The translations under genes and the position numbers were made by a program. Under the pieces are notes generated by a model that saw only the letters and a list, made by a program, of their open reading frames with translations, was not told the origin of the DNA and made no database searches. A DNA stretch of 63,230 nt, filler included, from Chlamydiia bacterium (GTDB lineage: Bacteria > Chlamydiota > Chlamydiia > Chlamydiales > FEN-1388), in NCBI GenBank assembly GCA_903848235.1. It is 10 parts of 10 records of this genome, joined end to end, with 100 filler letters (N's around TTAATTAATTAA, not from the genome) between each part and the next. Parts side by side here need not be neighbours in the genome. Positions count along the whole stretch, not along the records: positions 6,254 to 11,569 come from CAINFV010000254.1; positions 11,670 to 24,987 come from CAINFV010000256.1; 8 more parts are not named here. One strand, written 5' to 3'. This document shows, in pieces, positions 9,369 to 19,419 of the stretch (position 1 is its first letter; every line of letters begins with the position of its first letter).

Positions 9369-10520
9369 TTAGCTTGACCGTACCTTTGCTAGGATGGGGA
9401 GAGCAATGAGCTGAGCGATGACTGAAAAGGCAATCATACTCCCAAGCGACACATCATAGAGCAGTCCCATCAAGGCGCTTCCTATGAACCAGGATATACC
9501 AAAAGCAATGTAAAACATGCCATAGGCAGAGCCGCGTTTGTCAACAGGAACAAGGTCTGCAATCAAGGACTTGCCAATCGAATTTTGCGTGGCAAGGCTT
9601 AGCCCCCAGAAGAAGCTTCCTATGAAGGCCATGAGGGTGTCTCCGAGGAAGACAAGGGGGGTGGCTAGGACTCCAAGGCCTAGTGCAGCAATGAGTGTGG
9701 GGAGCCCTAAAAGGTCATACATTCGCCCTACACAGAGGGCAGAGAGGCCATTGACCGCCATAGCACCAGCGAATAGTAGAGGAATCGTCGTCATAGAAAA
9801 GGATGCTGATTTTTGGAGATGGAATCCCATCAGTGAGAAGTCAACAGTACCAGCACCTATGAAGGAAAGGCCGATAATCGTCAGCCAGAATTTACGTGAA
9901 AACCCTTTTACAGAAGGTGTCAACAGAGGAATGGCGAACTCTTTTGGTTCAGGGGCAAAATGACGAGCTCGTGTGAGGACATATAATGAAAGCGCAGCGG
10001 GCACGGAAAGTAGGGCAAAGACGACGTGATAGCCCTGTGCATGAAGGAGGACTAAAGAGATGAGGAGAGGTCCGATGACGGCCCCAAAGCGGTCCATGGC
10101 TTCATGGATTCCAAACCCTGTCCCTCGCCCTGTCTGATCCGTTGCATACGAGAGCATGGCATCACGAGGGGGGGTGCGAATAGCTTTCCCAAATCGCTCG
10201 AGGATGAGAAGCACTGCTGCTGAAGGCCATGATGAGGTGAGAGCAAGAAGGGGAATGGCGATGAGGTTCATCGAGTAACCAAGGTATGTGAAGAACCACT
10301 GCCTCCCCGTTTTGTCACTCATATATCCTGAGAAGAGGCGGAATCCATATCCTACACATTCTCCAAAGCCAGCAATGATGCCGACAGCAGCACCGCTTGC
10401 ACCAAGGACAGCCAAATATTGCCCTTGGACGCTTCGCGCTCCCTCATAGGTGACATCGGCGAGCAAGCTAACGAACCCAAGGAGAATGATGAATCCCCAT
10501 GCTTTTTTTTCAGGAGTCAT
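9369..10520 (-). CDS. MFS transporter
   Basis: About 12 hydrophobic segments; GYMSDKTGR and GRMYDLLG motif A; ERFGKAIRTPPRDA. Confidence 0.9.
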   Translation of the reverse strand: MTPEKKAWGFIILLGFVSLLADVTYEGARSVQGQYLAVLGASGAAVGIIAGFGECVGYGFRLFSGYMSDKTGRQWFFTYLGYSMNLIAIPLLALTSSWPSAAVLLILERFGKAIRTPPRDAMLSYATDQTGRGTGFGIHEAMDRFGAVIGPLLISLVLLHAQGYHVVFALLSVPAALSLYVLTRARHFAPEPKEFAIPLLTPSVKGFSRKFWLTIIGLSFIGAGTVDFSLMGFHLQKSASFSMTTIPLLFAGAMAVNGLSALCVGRMYDLLGLPTLIAALGLGVLATPLVFLGDTLMAFIGSFFWGLSLATQNSIGKSLIADLVPVDKRGSAYGMFYIAFGISWFIGSALMGLLYDVSLGSMIAFSVIAQLIALPILAKVRSS

Positions 10521-10634
10521 AGAGGCGCCTTTCTTTGAAACCATTTTGAGACCCAAAGACATACTCGCATTTTCCCCTTTTGCGGAATGAAAAAATGGCT
10601 AATACTGGATGTTTCTGTAATTTCGAGGGGAAGC

Positions 10635-11357
10635 ATGGGGATAGAATCGAAGGTTGCGCCGCTTTCAAACGGTCAGATGGGCCGGCGGTTAGAGCAGATC
10701 GTTGCACATCCGATTGGTGGACCGACCATCTTGACAGTGGCTAATGTCACAACACTCATCAGGATCTTCATCAGTCCCATTTTTCTCGTTATCTATCTCG
10801 AACATACCGCTCTAGGAATCTCAGAGATCGCTCTTCCCTACGTTCTTCTTGTCTTACTGGCGGCTCTTGAGACATCAGACGCCCTTGATGGGTATCTTGC
10901 TCGGAAGTTTGATCAGGTGACAGACTTAGGGAAGGTGCTTGACCCGATGGCGGACAGCATCTCAAGGATTTCTATTTTTCTTGCTTTTACGCAGCCTCCT
11001 GTCTCTTTGCCTCTTCTCATTGTCTTTTTATTCATCTATCGAGATTCGGTGATTAGTACCTTGCGAACTGTCTGCGCTCTTCGGGGTTTTGCTCTCGCTG
11101 CTCGAGCATCAGGAAAAGTAAAAGCGGTGATTCAGGCGATGGGAGCGATTACTGTGACCCTTCTTCTTATTCCTCATTCTCTAGGGCTTATCTCAACGGC
11201 TACGTTGAGAATGACGAGTATGTGGATCGTCCTTACTGCCGCTCTTTATGCTCTCTATTCAGGGGGTGAATATCTATATGCAAACTTCCACTTCGTGCGC
11301 CGTGCCATCCTCAGAAAGAGAAAATGGGCGCGACGTCCGTGGCGCCCTGGCGCGTAA
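10635..11357 (+). CDS. pgsA: CDP-diacylglycerol--glycerol-3-phosphate 3-phosphatidyltransferase
   Basis: ANVTTLIR and DALDGYLARKFDQVTDLGKVLDPMAD signature; start codon uncertain. Confidence 0.88.
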   Translation: MGIESKVAPLSNGQMGRRLEQIVAHPIGGPTILTVANVTTLIRIFISPIFLVIYLEHTALGISEIALPYVLLVLLAALETSDALDGYLARKFDQVTDLGKVLDPMADSISRISIFLAFTQPPVSLPLLIVFLFIYRDSVISTLRTVCALRGFALAARASGKVKAVIQAMGAITVTLLLIPHSLGLISTATLRMTSMWIVLTAALYALYSGGEYLYANFHFVRRAILRKRKWARRPWRPGA

Positions 11358-11669
11358 TGATCGTCAACAAACCAAATTGGTCGCAGCCAGCCGAATCGTT
11401 TGAGTTATTTCTTTCCAGTCCCTAAGGCTCTCCCTGATTTAACCGCTTCTAAAAATCTATACAAATGTGGACATATAGCCCTTTCAGGCCATTGTGAACG
11501 GTTGTCTAGATACGACAGCCTAGCAGCTCTGCTGTCGATTCGCGTGGAGGCATCTCACCTACAAGATTCNNNNNNNNNNNNNNNNNNNNNNNNNNNNNNN
11601 NNNNNNNNNNNNNTTAATTAATTAANNNNNNNNNNNNNNNNNNNNNNNNNNNNNNNNNNNNNNNNNNNN

Positions 11670-12239
11670 GCGCAATTGGTCGCAGAATTTTTTATCAAAT
11701 TCGACAAGGTGAAGCACATCGGTAGGATTCATCCGCTTGATGATCTTATCGGTAAACGCCCCTGTCCCAGGCCCAATTTCTAAAATCCTCCGCCTCGGCG
11801 CTTGAAGATTCTTTGGAATCTCCCGGACCATCTCTTTTGCTAGATATTTCGAGCTGGGGAAAAGAGAGCCCACGGTCTGAGAATCATGGACATACTCATT
11901 AAGAAATCCAAAGGTTTTCTTACAAGAAGCCCATAGCGACGTTTTTGGAATAACCATGTTCAGTTCATGTCGAACCACTTTTCTTTCAAGCCTCTTCCCA
12001 GAGAAAAAAGAGCTCACGTGCTGCTGTGGGTGAGCGGCTGCATATGCGCACAGCAGTTTCTCATTAATCCAAATCCCAGTTCGAAGAAAGTGAGTTGCGC
12101 GCTGGACCCTTACCTTCAAGGCTTCCTTAGCGTTACCCTTATGCTCTGAGAAAAACAAGAATATTTGGTCATCACAATCGAGCTCAAAATGACGATTAAA
12201 CTGACTATGCGCACTTATGCTGGCTTCGATAGCTACCAT
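11670..12239 (-). CDS. SAM-dependent methyltransferase (PmtA phospholipid N-methyltransferase-like) with N-terminal extension; truncated at contig edge
   Basis: VGSLFPSSKYLAKEM and ILEIGPGTG motifs. Confidence 0.75.
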
Positions 12240-12461
12240 ATAATCACCAATAGTATAAAAATTTATCCCGGTTTTAAATCGCCTCTTTCTAGAGATCTTC
12301 GAGAAATTCAGCACGGGGCCTTATCAAGATACAACTAACCGCCCATCGAGGACAAGCCCAGTTTTAATCTTCATTGGGATTGGAATTCTATGTGTCGCAG
12401 GATACTCAGCGTACTCCTACAGAGCTTTCCGAGTACCACCCGCTACCGATGATTAGACCTA

Positions 12462-12622
12462 TACCTCGACTTTACAATTTTTTGGATCTATCTTCAAAGA
12501 GAAGCTTCCCACAGCTAAATGAATTTCTCAGGAAGGGTGAAAATACCCATTCCTTCGAGATTCATTACGCTGTGGTTTGCTTCTCTCCGAAGATAGGTCC
12601 AAAAATTTGCAAAGTCGAGCTA
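12462..12622. repeat. palindromic repeat family B, full copy (~160 bp)
   Basis: CTCGACTTT...AAAGTCGAG termini with nested inverted repeats; copies at 35231-35340 and 35995-36160. Confidence 0.9.
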
Positions 12623-12708
12623 TACCTCTTCCACAATTATTTGACACTTTCTCTCTACCCTTGTACACTTCAAGTAGAACGAAATTTTTTAGAAACGGGG
12701 CTAAAATC

Positions 12709-15534
12709 GTGTCTACACTTATTCCTCAGGGTAACCCCTATGAGCTCTTTGTCCATTTAGGGCATCAGCTCGGCCGTCTTGAAGATAGGTCGTCTCAATC
12801 GAAGATTTGGCAGCTTTTTCACTCCATTACGCAAGGGGACGGTATACCCGAGGAGCATTCCTCAGGGGGAAGTTTCCATGCATTTGATCTAACAGATTCT
12901 AGAATCACAAGCACAGCAGAGACCTTGAATACAATCGTTACCCACCTTCTTCATGCCCAAGAACTACCACCGCATCATTTACTAGAATCGATCACCTTCA
13001 ATGCCAACTGTCTTGCGATTGTTCGCAATTTGCAAGAGCAACTGAAAGCAATAGAACTCATGCCTGACGCGGCGATAGGAGAATTAGAGACCAACCTAAC
13101 GGCTCTATCAGAAAAATGGCTCCATATTCTCATTGAAGAACCCGGACAATTTTATACAGTTGTATGCAACCCAGTAACATCTGCGCTATCGCTCTCCTTT
13201 CTGCAGCAGAAATGGCAAGGCCTGTCGGAGTTTCTAGAATCGTGGATGTCGCCAGTAGCACTCACCCCCTGGCCCCCTTCGGAGAGCGCCGAACAGTGTT
13301 ATTCCATGTTTCTAGCCGCTCGAGAAGCAGCTCTTAGCAAGAGCCAAGTCATGTCAGAGCGCCTTGACAGGCTTCAAGACCTCTTCGAATGGTCGGCAGA
13401 GGAGGGAAAAATTTCTCCAGAACAACTGCTGCAAATCAGAGAAAGACTCCCTCAATGTAAGGCCATTCTTTCCGATCCGATGCGCATGACCAAAGAAGGG
13501 TTTGAATTTTTAACCTCAACGTTTCTCGATCTCAACGCAGGAGTAGACCTCCTCGTTCGCCAGATCGCAGCAGACGTCAGAGAATCGTTGACATTTCTCA
13601 GTCAAAAGGCTCAAGAGGGCAAAAACATCGATCAGGTTCGCTTGCAGCAGATCAATGCGTTCTTTGCCTCAGTACCACCGATCCCTCAAGAGGGATGGAT
13701 AGCGAGTTCTGCGGCCACTGATTTTAGAGAATGGAGGGCATACGCCCAAGCCTTAAAAGAGCTCAGAGCCCAATATGTGCTGCAAGAGCAGGCTGCCGAA
13801 GATGAACAACGGGCTGCCCCTCTTCGACAAGCACACGGTGTAGTACTGTCACGCCTTCGTCAACTCGCAGCTGCCATTCCTCCAGAAATGGGCCAGGAGT
13901 ATAAAGAGCTCTGCGCCTTAGGTCAAACAGTCGAACCTCAACTGCCAACAGATCGACAGCTCTACGATTCTTTTTTGGCAAATTTTCAACAACAAATCAG
14001 GGAGCTTGAGCAGCGCGTCTCTACATTCGAAGTCAAGCTGATACAGAATTTCTCCGATGATCTTGGCGTCGCTCCAGATGTCGGAGCAATAATTTTTAGG
14101 GGTGCTCAAAATAATTGGGACGGTTTTTTCCTGGAGATGCCAGACGGCAATCTCAAGCAAACACATGACATTCCACACTTAAAAATTTATAAGCTCCCCG
14201 GCACCAACAGAATCGTTGCCGATTATGGACTAGACGTCATCGGTGGTGGTTCGTATAAGCGAATTAAAGAAGTCCATCGGGTCGGAGGACCTGCTGTTGT
14301 CCGCTTGACAAGCCGTTTTAAAAAGCGTGAAGCCGAGCTTCAGCGGTTGCTTGGAGTTGAGTGGGATCCTGAAAAGCGTGCCCCGATGATACAGGAATTG
14401 GAGAGGCTACAGAAACGCTTTCTTATTGACATTACCACAGAAGAAGAAGCTCGCACCGCCCTTGAGGGCATACCAAACATAGCCGAAATGACAAAGGTTC
14501 ACTACTGGAGCAAAACCAAACCTGGTAAGGAAAGCCGCCTTAAAACACGATATATAATGACCAAATACGAAGGCGATTTACGATCGCTGACACTTGGCCC
14601 AGATACCTCAAAAAGCAGGATACAAATCCTGAAGTGCTTCGGAGACGTTTTACGATGTATTTCTGAAATGCATAAACGAAAGTTAATTCATGTAGACTTG
14701 AGAGACGCCAACGTGCTTTTTTCTGGCGACAGGGGGTTTGTCAGCGACTTCGGATTTCTTTCCAAGCAGGGGGCAAAATTGGATTTTATCGGAGCTCTCA
14801 TCTACATGGCCCCAGAAACCGTTTTTCATCGAGAAGATCAAGGGATCACCACGGAAATGGACCTTTTTTCACTTGGAATCATGCTGCTTGAATTTGTAGA
14901 CAACCCGACGTACCTCACCTGGCAGAGGACCATAGCTCAGTTAGAAGAAAAATCTGCACTCGACTCATCATTTCTCTCCAAATATGAAGAAGCCCTTTAT
15001 AGCGGACGCTGCTCTCTCTCGGATAGAGAAGTAATGGATCAAAAAAACCGCCTTGCAGCACAAAAGAGCGAAATTACATCTCAGTATGCCAAACTTACAA
15101 TAGAGCTTGAATCTCTTGCAAAACTTGAAGAAAATATTGCCAATGGGCTCCACTGCCTCTCTAGAGATGATGTCGATCGTCAATTGGCGCGTTCTTCCAA
15201 AAGAAAAACGGAAATTTTGGATATGCAATACGACCTCAAAAATAAGGTTGAATACATAAGCCAGTTCGAGAAGGCTCTTGACAGAGGAGCCTACAGCCTG
15301 TCACCCGATGATGTGTCCAGGCAAAAACTCCTTCTTCTCGAAAAAAAAGCCGCTCTTCACGAGCAATTTGAAAAAGACTATTACAAAGTTCATGGAGAGT
15401 TACAGGCATATCTGCGAAGCGTTCCGAACCCATTGAACCCCTTGATCAGCAGACTCATCAGCGTTAATCCAGGAGACAGGACTACCTGCTCCGATGCCGA
15501 AAGTGAGTTTGCAAGGATATTTTCCAGCCCGTAG
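12709..15534 (+). CDS. large helical protein with C-terminal Hanks-type Ser/Thr kinase-like domain (candidate effector)
   Basis: GGGSYKRI, HVDLRDAN, DFG, YMAPE, DLFSLG; GTG at 12709 preferred over the TTG inside repeat B. Confidence 0.85.
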   Translation: MSTLIPQGNPYELFVHLGHQLGRLEDRSSQSKIWQLFHSITQGDGIPEEHSSGGSFHAFDLTDSRITSTAETLNTIVTHLLHAQELPPHHLLESITFNANCLAIVRNLQEQLKAIELMPDAAIGELETNLTALSEKWLHILIEEPGQFYTVVCNPVTSALSLSFLQQKWQGLSEFLESWMSPVALTPWPPSESAEQCYSMFLAAREAALSKSQVMSERLDRLQDLFEWSAEEGKISPEQLLQIRERLPQCKAILSDPMRMTKEGFEFLTSTFLDLNAGVDLLVRQIAADVRESLTFLSQKAQEGKNIDQVRLQQINAFFASVPPIPQEGWIASSAATDFREWRAYAQALKELRAQYVLQEQAAEDEQRAAPLRQAHGVVLSRLRQLAAAIPPEMGQEYKELCALGQTVEPQLPTDRQLYDSFLANFQQQIRELEQRVSTFEVKLIQNFSDDLGVAPDVGAIIFRGAQNNWDGFFLEMPDGNLKQTHDIPHLKIYKLPGTNRIVADYGLDVIGGGSYKRIKEVHRVGGPAVVRLTSRFKKREAELQRLLGVEWDPEKRAPMIQELERLQKRFLIDITTEEEARTALEGIPNIAEMTKVHYWSKTKPGKESRLKTRYIMTKYEGDLRSLTLGPDTSKSRIQILKCFGDVLRCISEMHKRKLIHVDLRDANVLFSGDRGFVSDFGFLSKQGAKLDFIGALIYMAPETVFHREDQGITTEMDLFSLGIMLLEFVDNPTYLTWQRTIAQLEEKSALDSSFLSKYEEALYSGRCSLSDREVMDQKNRLAAQKSEITSQYAKLTIELESLAKLEENIANGLHCLSRDDVDRQLARSSKRKTEILDMQYDLKNKVEYISQFEKALDRGAYSLSPDDVSRQKLLLLEKKAALHEQFEKDYYKVHGELQAYLRSVPNPLNPLISRLISVNPGDRTTCSDAESEFARIFSSP

Positions 15535-15673
15535 AGGCTTTTTCAATCTTGTATACCCAAAAAAAACCGATGCCAAAATTGGCAGGAATCCGGTAGAGTC
15601 TGATCCCCTTTCATCAGCATTTCAACTTTTTCCTTCATGAATTGAGGAATTTTCATTTATGGATATCTGGATC

Positions 15674-15702
15674 TTGACATCCAGATTGAAATGTTGTAGT
15701 GT
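15674..15702 (+). promoter_or_regulatory. putative sigma70/sigma66 promoter of nrdD
   Basis: TTGACA-N17-TAGTGT; inverted repeat ATCTGGAT-N6-ATCCAGAT overlaps the -35 box. Confidence 0.6.
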
Positions 15703-15713
15703 GTGGTCTAAAC

Positions 15714-15729
15714 ACACAAAATATGGTGT
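15714..15729. promoter_or_regulatory. NrdR box
   Basis: ACACAAAATATGGTGT versus consensus acaCwAtATaTwGtgt, just downstream of the promoter of an RNR gene. Confidence 0.7.
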
Positions 15730-15906
15730 GAAGAAATATGAGAAACGGTAGTCTTCAGAATTGGTGTCAATTTACCCTCAGAACATATTTTGAAGGCTTT
15801 TGTCCCTGTGTCTTGTTCGGCATCAGGATGGAAAAATCCATGCTGCTGCCATCGATATATGTTGATGAGAAGCTTGATATAAAAAATTAAGGCGAGGAGT
15901 GCAAGG

Positions 15907-18024
15907 ATGTTTACAAAAATCAAAAAAAGAGATGGCAAGGTAGTTCCCTTTGCTATTCAAAAAATCGCGGTCGCTATCGGGAAGGCTGGTGCAGCAACCG
16001 GTGAATTTGATGAAAACGTAGCCAAGACCCTTGCAGAAGAGGTCTTAACGACGGCTCAGGAGAAGATTTCCTCAAAAATCCCAACTGTCGAAGAGATTCA
16101 AGACATCGTCGAAGAGGTTCTTATCGGCTCTCCATATAAAAAGACAGCCAAAGACTACATCATCTATCGCGACCAACATGCCAAAGTTCGCGAAATTGTC
16201 TCACAAGCAGGCATCGACCTCATCGACGGCTATATCAAACAGCTCGACTGGAAGGTCTATGAAAATAGTAATATGGCCTACTCTCTGCAAGGCCTTCATA
16301 ACTACATTGCCTCAGAAACATCAAAAATTTACTGGCTTAACAAGATCTACTCCCCTCGCGTCCGACAATCGCATATCGACGGAGATATCCACATCCATGA
16401 CCTTGGAATTCTCTCTGTCTACTGTGTAGGGTGGGATCTGTTAGACCTCATCACCACAGGGTTTTGCGGAGTGTTCGGCAAAGTCCAAAGCAAGCCCCCC
16501 AAACACCTCCGGACAGCTCTTGGCCAGGTGGTAAATTTCTTCTATACCCTTCAGGGCGAAGCTGCCGGTGCACAAGCATTTTCAAACTTCGACACCCTGC
16601 TCGCACCCTTTATCCGCTCCGACAAACTCACCTATGCCCAAGTCAAACAGACGATGCAGGAGTTCGTCTTCAACATCAACGTCCCAACACGCGTCGGCTT
16701 CCAGACACCGTTCACCAACGTCACGATGGACCTCCAGGCTCCCAATCACTTCGCCGACATGCCGGTGATCATCGGCGGAGTACCTCAAAAAGAGACGTAT
16801 AAAGATTTTCAAGAAGAAATGGACATGTTCAACCGTGCATTCTTCGAAGTGATGACAGAAGGCGATGGCGTAGGACGGGTCTTTACATTCCCTATTCCGA
16901 CCTACAACATCACCAAAACCTTCAACTGGGATAACCCCAACCTCAAAGGGCTGTGGGAGATGACGGCAAAATTCGGAATCCCCTACTTTTCCAACTTCAT
17001 CAACTCTGACATGAAGCCTGAAGACGCCCGCTCGATGTGCTGCCGCCTACGTCTCGACAACAGAAAACTCGAGAAACGAGGTGGCGGTCTTTTTGGCGCA
17101 AACCCGATGACAGGATCGATCGGCGTTGTCACCATTAACTTACCTCGCCTTGGCTACTTTTCGAAGTCAAAAGAGCATTTCATCGAAAACCTCACGAAGG
17201 TCATGGATACGGCAAAAGAGAGCCTCGAAGTAAAACGCAAATTTCTCGAAGAGGTCTCAAATCAGAATCTCTATCCATACACCAAATTCTACCTCCGCAA
17301 GATGAAAGAGCGGTTTGGCAGACATTGGGACAACCACTTTTCAACCATTGGCATCTTAGGGATGAATGAAGCCTGCTTAAATCTCTTAGGAGAGTCCGTC
17401 GCAACGCCCAAAGGACGGCAATTTGCGGAAGAGGTACTCGACTTTATGAGAGATCGCATCTCTGAATACCAAGAAGAGACCAAAAATCTCTATAACCTCG
17501 AAGCAACACCTGGAGAAGGAACCACCTATCGCTTTGCCCTCGCTGATAAAAAGAAATATCCCGATATCATCGTGGCAAATCAGGAAGAATGGGAAAGAGG
17601 AGCTCATCCCTTTTACACCAATTCCTCTCACCTGCCTGTCAACTACACCCATGACCTGTTTGAGGCATTAGACCTGCAAGACAGCCTGCAAACAAAGTAT
17701 ACAGGAGGAACGGTAGTTCACAACTTCTTAGGAGAACGCATGCAGGATGCAGAAACCACAAAGCAGTTGGTACGGAAGATCTGCGAAAACTACCACCTTC
17801 CCTACTTCACTCTCACCCCAACATTCTCTGTGTGCACCTCTCACGGCTACATCGCTGGAGAACATTCCACCTGTCCTCACTGTGGAGAACAAAGTGAAGT
17901 GTACTCTCGCGTAGTCGGATATCTGCGCCCAGTGCAACAGTGGAACCTTGGGAAACAAGCAGAATTCGCTCAACGGAAAAACTATACTGTTTCCGCAGAA
18001 AAAGAATGTGCTTGCTGTATGTAA
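15907..18024 (+). CDS. nrdD: class III (glycyl-radical, anaerobic) ribonucleoside-triphosphate reductase with ATP cone
   Basis: KIKKRDG/VEEIQDIVE ATP cone, IHIHDL, YCVGW, SMCCRL, C-terminal Zn site and YSRVVGYLRP glycyl-radical loop. Confidence 0.95.
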   Translation: MFTKIKKRDGKVVPFAIQKIAVAIGKAGAATGEFDENVAKTLAEEVLTTAQEKISSKIPTVEEIQDIVEEVLIGSPYKKTAKDYIIYRDQHAKVREIVSQAGIDLIDGYIKQLDWKVYENSNMAYSLQGLHNYIASETSKIYWLNKIYSPRVRQSHIDGDIHIHDLGILSVYCVGWDLLDLITTGFCGVFGKVQSKPPKHLRTALGQVVNFFYTLQGEAAGAQAFSNFDTLLAPFIRSDKLTYAQVKQTMQEFVFNINVPTRVGFQTPFTNVTMDLQAPNHFADMPVIIGGVPQKETYKDFQEEMDMFNRAFFEVMTEGDGVGRVFTFPIPTYNITKTFNWDNPNLKGLWEMTAKFGIPYFSNFINSDMKPEDARSMCCRLRLDNRKLEKRGGGLFGANPMTGSIGVVTINLPRLGYFSKSKEHFIENLTKVMDTAKESLEVKRKFLEEVSNQNLYPYTKFYLRKMKERFGRHWDNHFSTIGILGMNEACLNLLGESVATPKGRQFAEEVLDFMRDRISEYQEETKNLYNLEATPGEGTTYRFALADKKKYPDIIVANQEEWERGAHPFYTNSSHLPVNYTHDLFEALDLQDSLQTKYTGGTVVHNFLGERMQDAETTKQLVRKICENYHLPYFTLTPTFSVCTSHGYIAGEHSTCPHCGEQSEVYSRVVGYLRPVQQWNLGKQAEFAQRKNYTVSAEKECACCM

Positions 18025-18065
18025 GAAAAGAGGCTTTTGCAAAAACCTCAAAAGTACAAATTGCG

Positions 18066-18093
18066 CACGAGCACTCCTTCGAGAGTGCTCGTG
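18066..18093. terminator. stem-loop between convergent nrdD and tspO
   Basis: CACGAGCACTC-CTTCGA-GAGTGCTCGTG, perfect 11-bp stem; no clear U-tract. Confidence 0.5.
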
Positions 18094-18174
18094 TTGCCAT
18101 GGCATGAGGCAGGTACGGCTGCCTTCCCATTTCATCAGCTCCCCTTCCCAATGCCTGTGTCGCAAAATCGCTGA

Positions 18175-18666
18175 TTAATTCAGCAACCAGATCGCGACAT
18201 TAAGGCTCAGCGCAAATGCCGTCCACAGCAGATACGGAATCAGAATGATCCCCGCAACACGTTGAATGCGAAAGAAAGATACCACCATGGCGGCGATCAG
18301 GGCCAAAAGAACAACAAGGTCAAGCAGCGCGGCAGCTGGAGAGTGGCAGCCAAAAAAAAGATATGACCACATGCCATTTGCCAGTAGCTGGGCAAAAAAC
18401 AAAACATAGCCCCTTCTTTTTTCCGTCCCAGGAGCATCCGATCGATAGACACACCATACGGCCAACGCCATCGAAAAATAGAGCACTGTCCACACCGGAC
18501 CAAAGATCCAGTCTGGGGGATTCCATGCAGGTTGACGCAGCATCGGATACCACGTCATCACCGCATCAACAGTGACAAACATCGAAAGCCACTGCACAAC
18601 CAACACCGGTACATACCAGAATATCAGCTGTAGAAAACCCGTCATACGGGGTGATAAGACAGCCAT
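18175..18666 (-). CDS. tspO: TspO/MBR tryptophan-rich sensory protein
   Basis: WY..L..PAWNPPDWIFGPVWTVLY, QLLANGMWS.LFF, PYLLW. Confidence 0.93.
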   Translation of the reverse strand: MAVLSPRMTGFLQLIFWYVPVLVVQWLSMFVTVDAVMTWYPMLRQPAWNPPDWIFGPVWTVLYFSMALAVWCVYRSDAPGTEKRRGYVLFFAQLLANGMWSYLFFGCHSPAAALLDLVVLLALIAAMVVSFFRIQRVAGIILIPYLLWTAFALSLNVAIWLLN

Positions 18667-18830
18667 GCTTTTCCTCCAACCAAAAAATTTTTTACAGTTT
18701 CTATCCCTGCTTGAGAAATGCGAAATTTCATACTACGACAGATCGCAAAAAACAGGAAAAGAGAACCTCGCACCAGCACACAGAAGCAGTGACTAGTGAG
18801 CACGACACAGCTGACGGCTAGGGACAGTCC

Positions 18831-19223
18831 TTAACTTGGGAGAAGATCTTTGATCAAGATTTTGCTACATTCCTTACGAATGTAAGCATTCATTTGAGAT
18901 AACCGTTGATGAAGAGGGCGGAGAACATTGCCATAGGACTGAATGTCAAGAGGATAAGATTCATTGGAGGTAGGAGGATCGATCGCCTCCACAACCATAA
19001 GGACAGAAAGCATCTCCGGCGACGTTTTCAGAGAAAAGCCGCCCGCCTTCCCAGGTTTTGACGTCACAAGATCTGCGCGGACAAGGGCCTGCATTACCTT
19101 GGACAAGTATTCAGGTGACACCTTCGTTATCTCTGCTAACTGCCCTGTTGTCAATGAGGCTTGCGGACGTAATGCCAGACAGACAACAGCCCGAAGAGCA
19201 TATTGTGCTGTTTGAGAAATCAT
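18831..19223 (-). CDS. Rrf2-family transcriptional regulator lacking C-terminal Cys ligands
   Basis: ISQTAQYALRA, YLSKVMQAL, SKPGKAGGFSL. Confidence 0.9.
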   Translation of the reverse strand: MISQTAQYALRAVVCLALRPQASLTTGQLAEITKVSPEYLSKVMQALVRADLVTSKPGKAGGFSLKTSPEMLSVLMVVEAIDPPTSNESYPLDIQSYGNVLRPLHQRLSQMNAYIRKECSKILIKDLLPS

Positions 19224-19419
19224 AGAGAACTCCTCAATTCAGAAAAATCGACGATGTTGAATCCCAGGACACGCCCCTTATTACTTTTTTATGATATTTA
19301 TAATTCAAAATCAGCATTCCATCATAGAACAATTGTCTCGATTTTGAAAAAAAATTCACCTGAGCAGCCTTGATTATTTTCCGATGATTCTATTACTGGA
19401 CTTTAGCCCGAGTTTAGAC

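Noticed and set aside
11400..11569. Small hairpin (CGACAGC...GCTGTCG) at contig end as an ncRNA
   Set aside because: No recognisable tmRNA, RNase P, SRP or riboswitch features; truncated
12374..12760. 128-aa ORF and the TTG start at 12577
   Set aside because: Both derive largely from the family B palindrome; GTG 12709 is a more plausible kinase start
18001..18024. NrdD tail ECACCM (and the DUF4383 tail) as CaaX prenylation signals
   Set aside because: Cys is not fourth from the end in either
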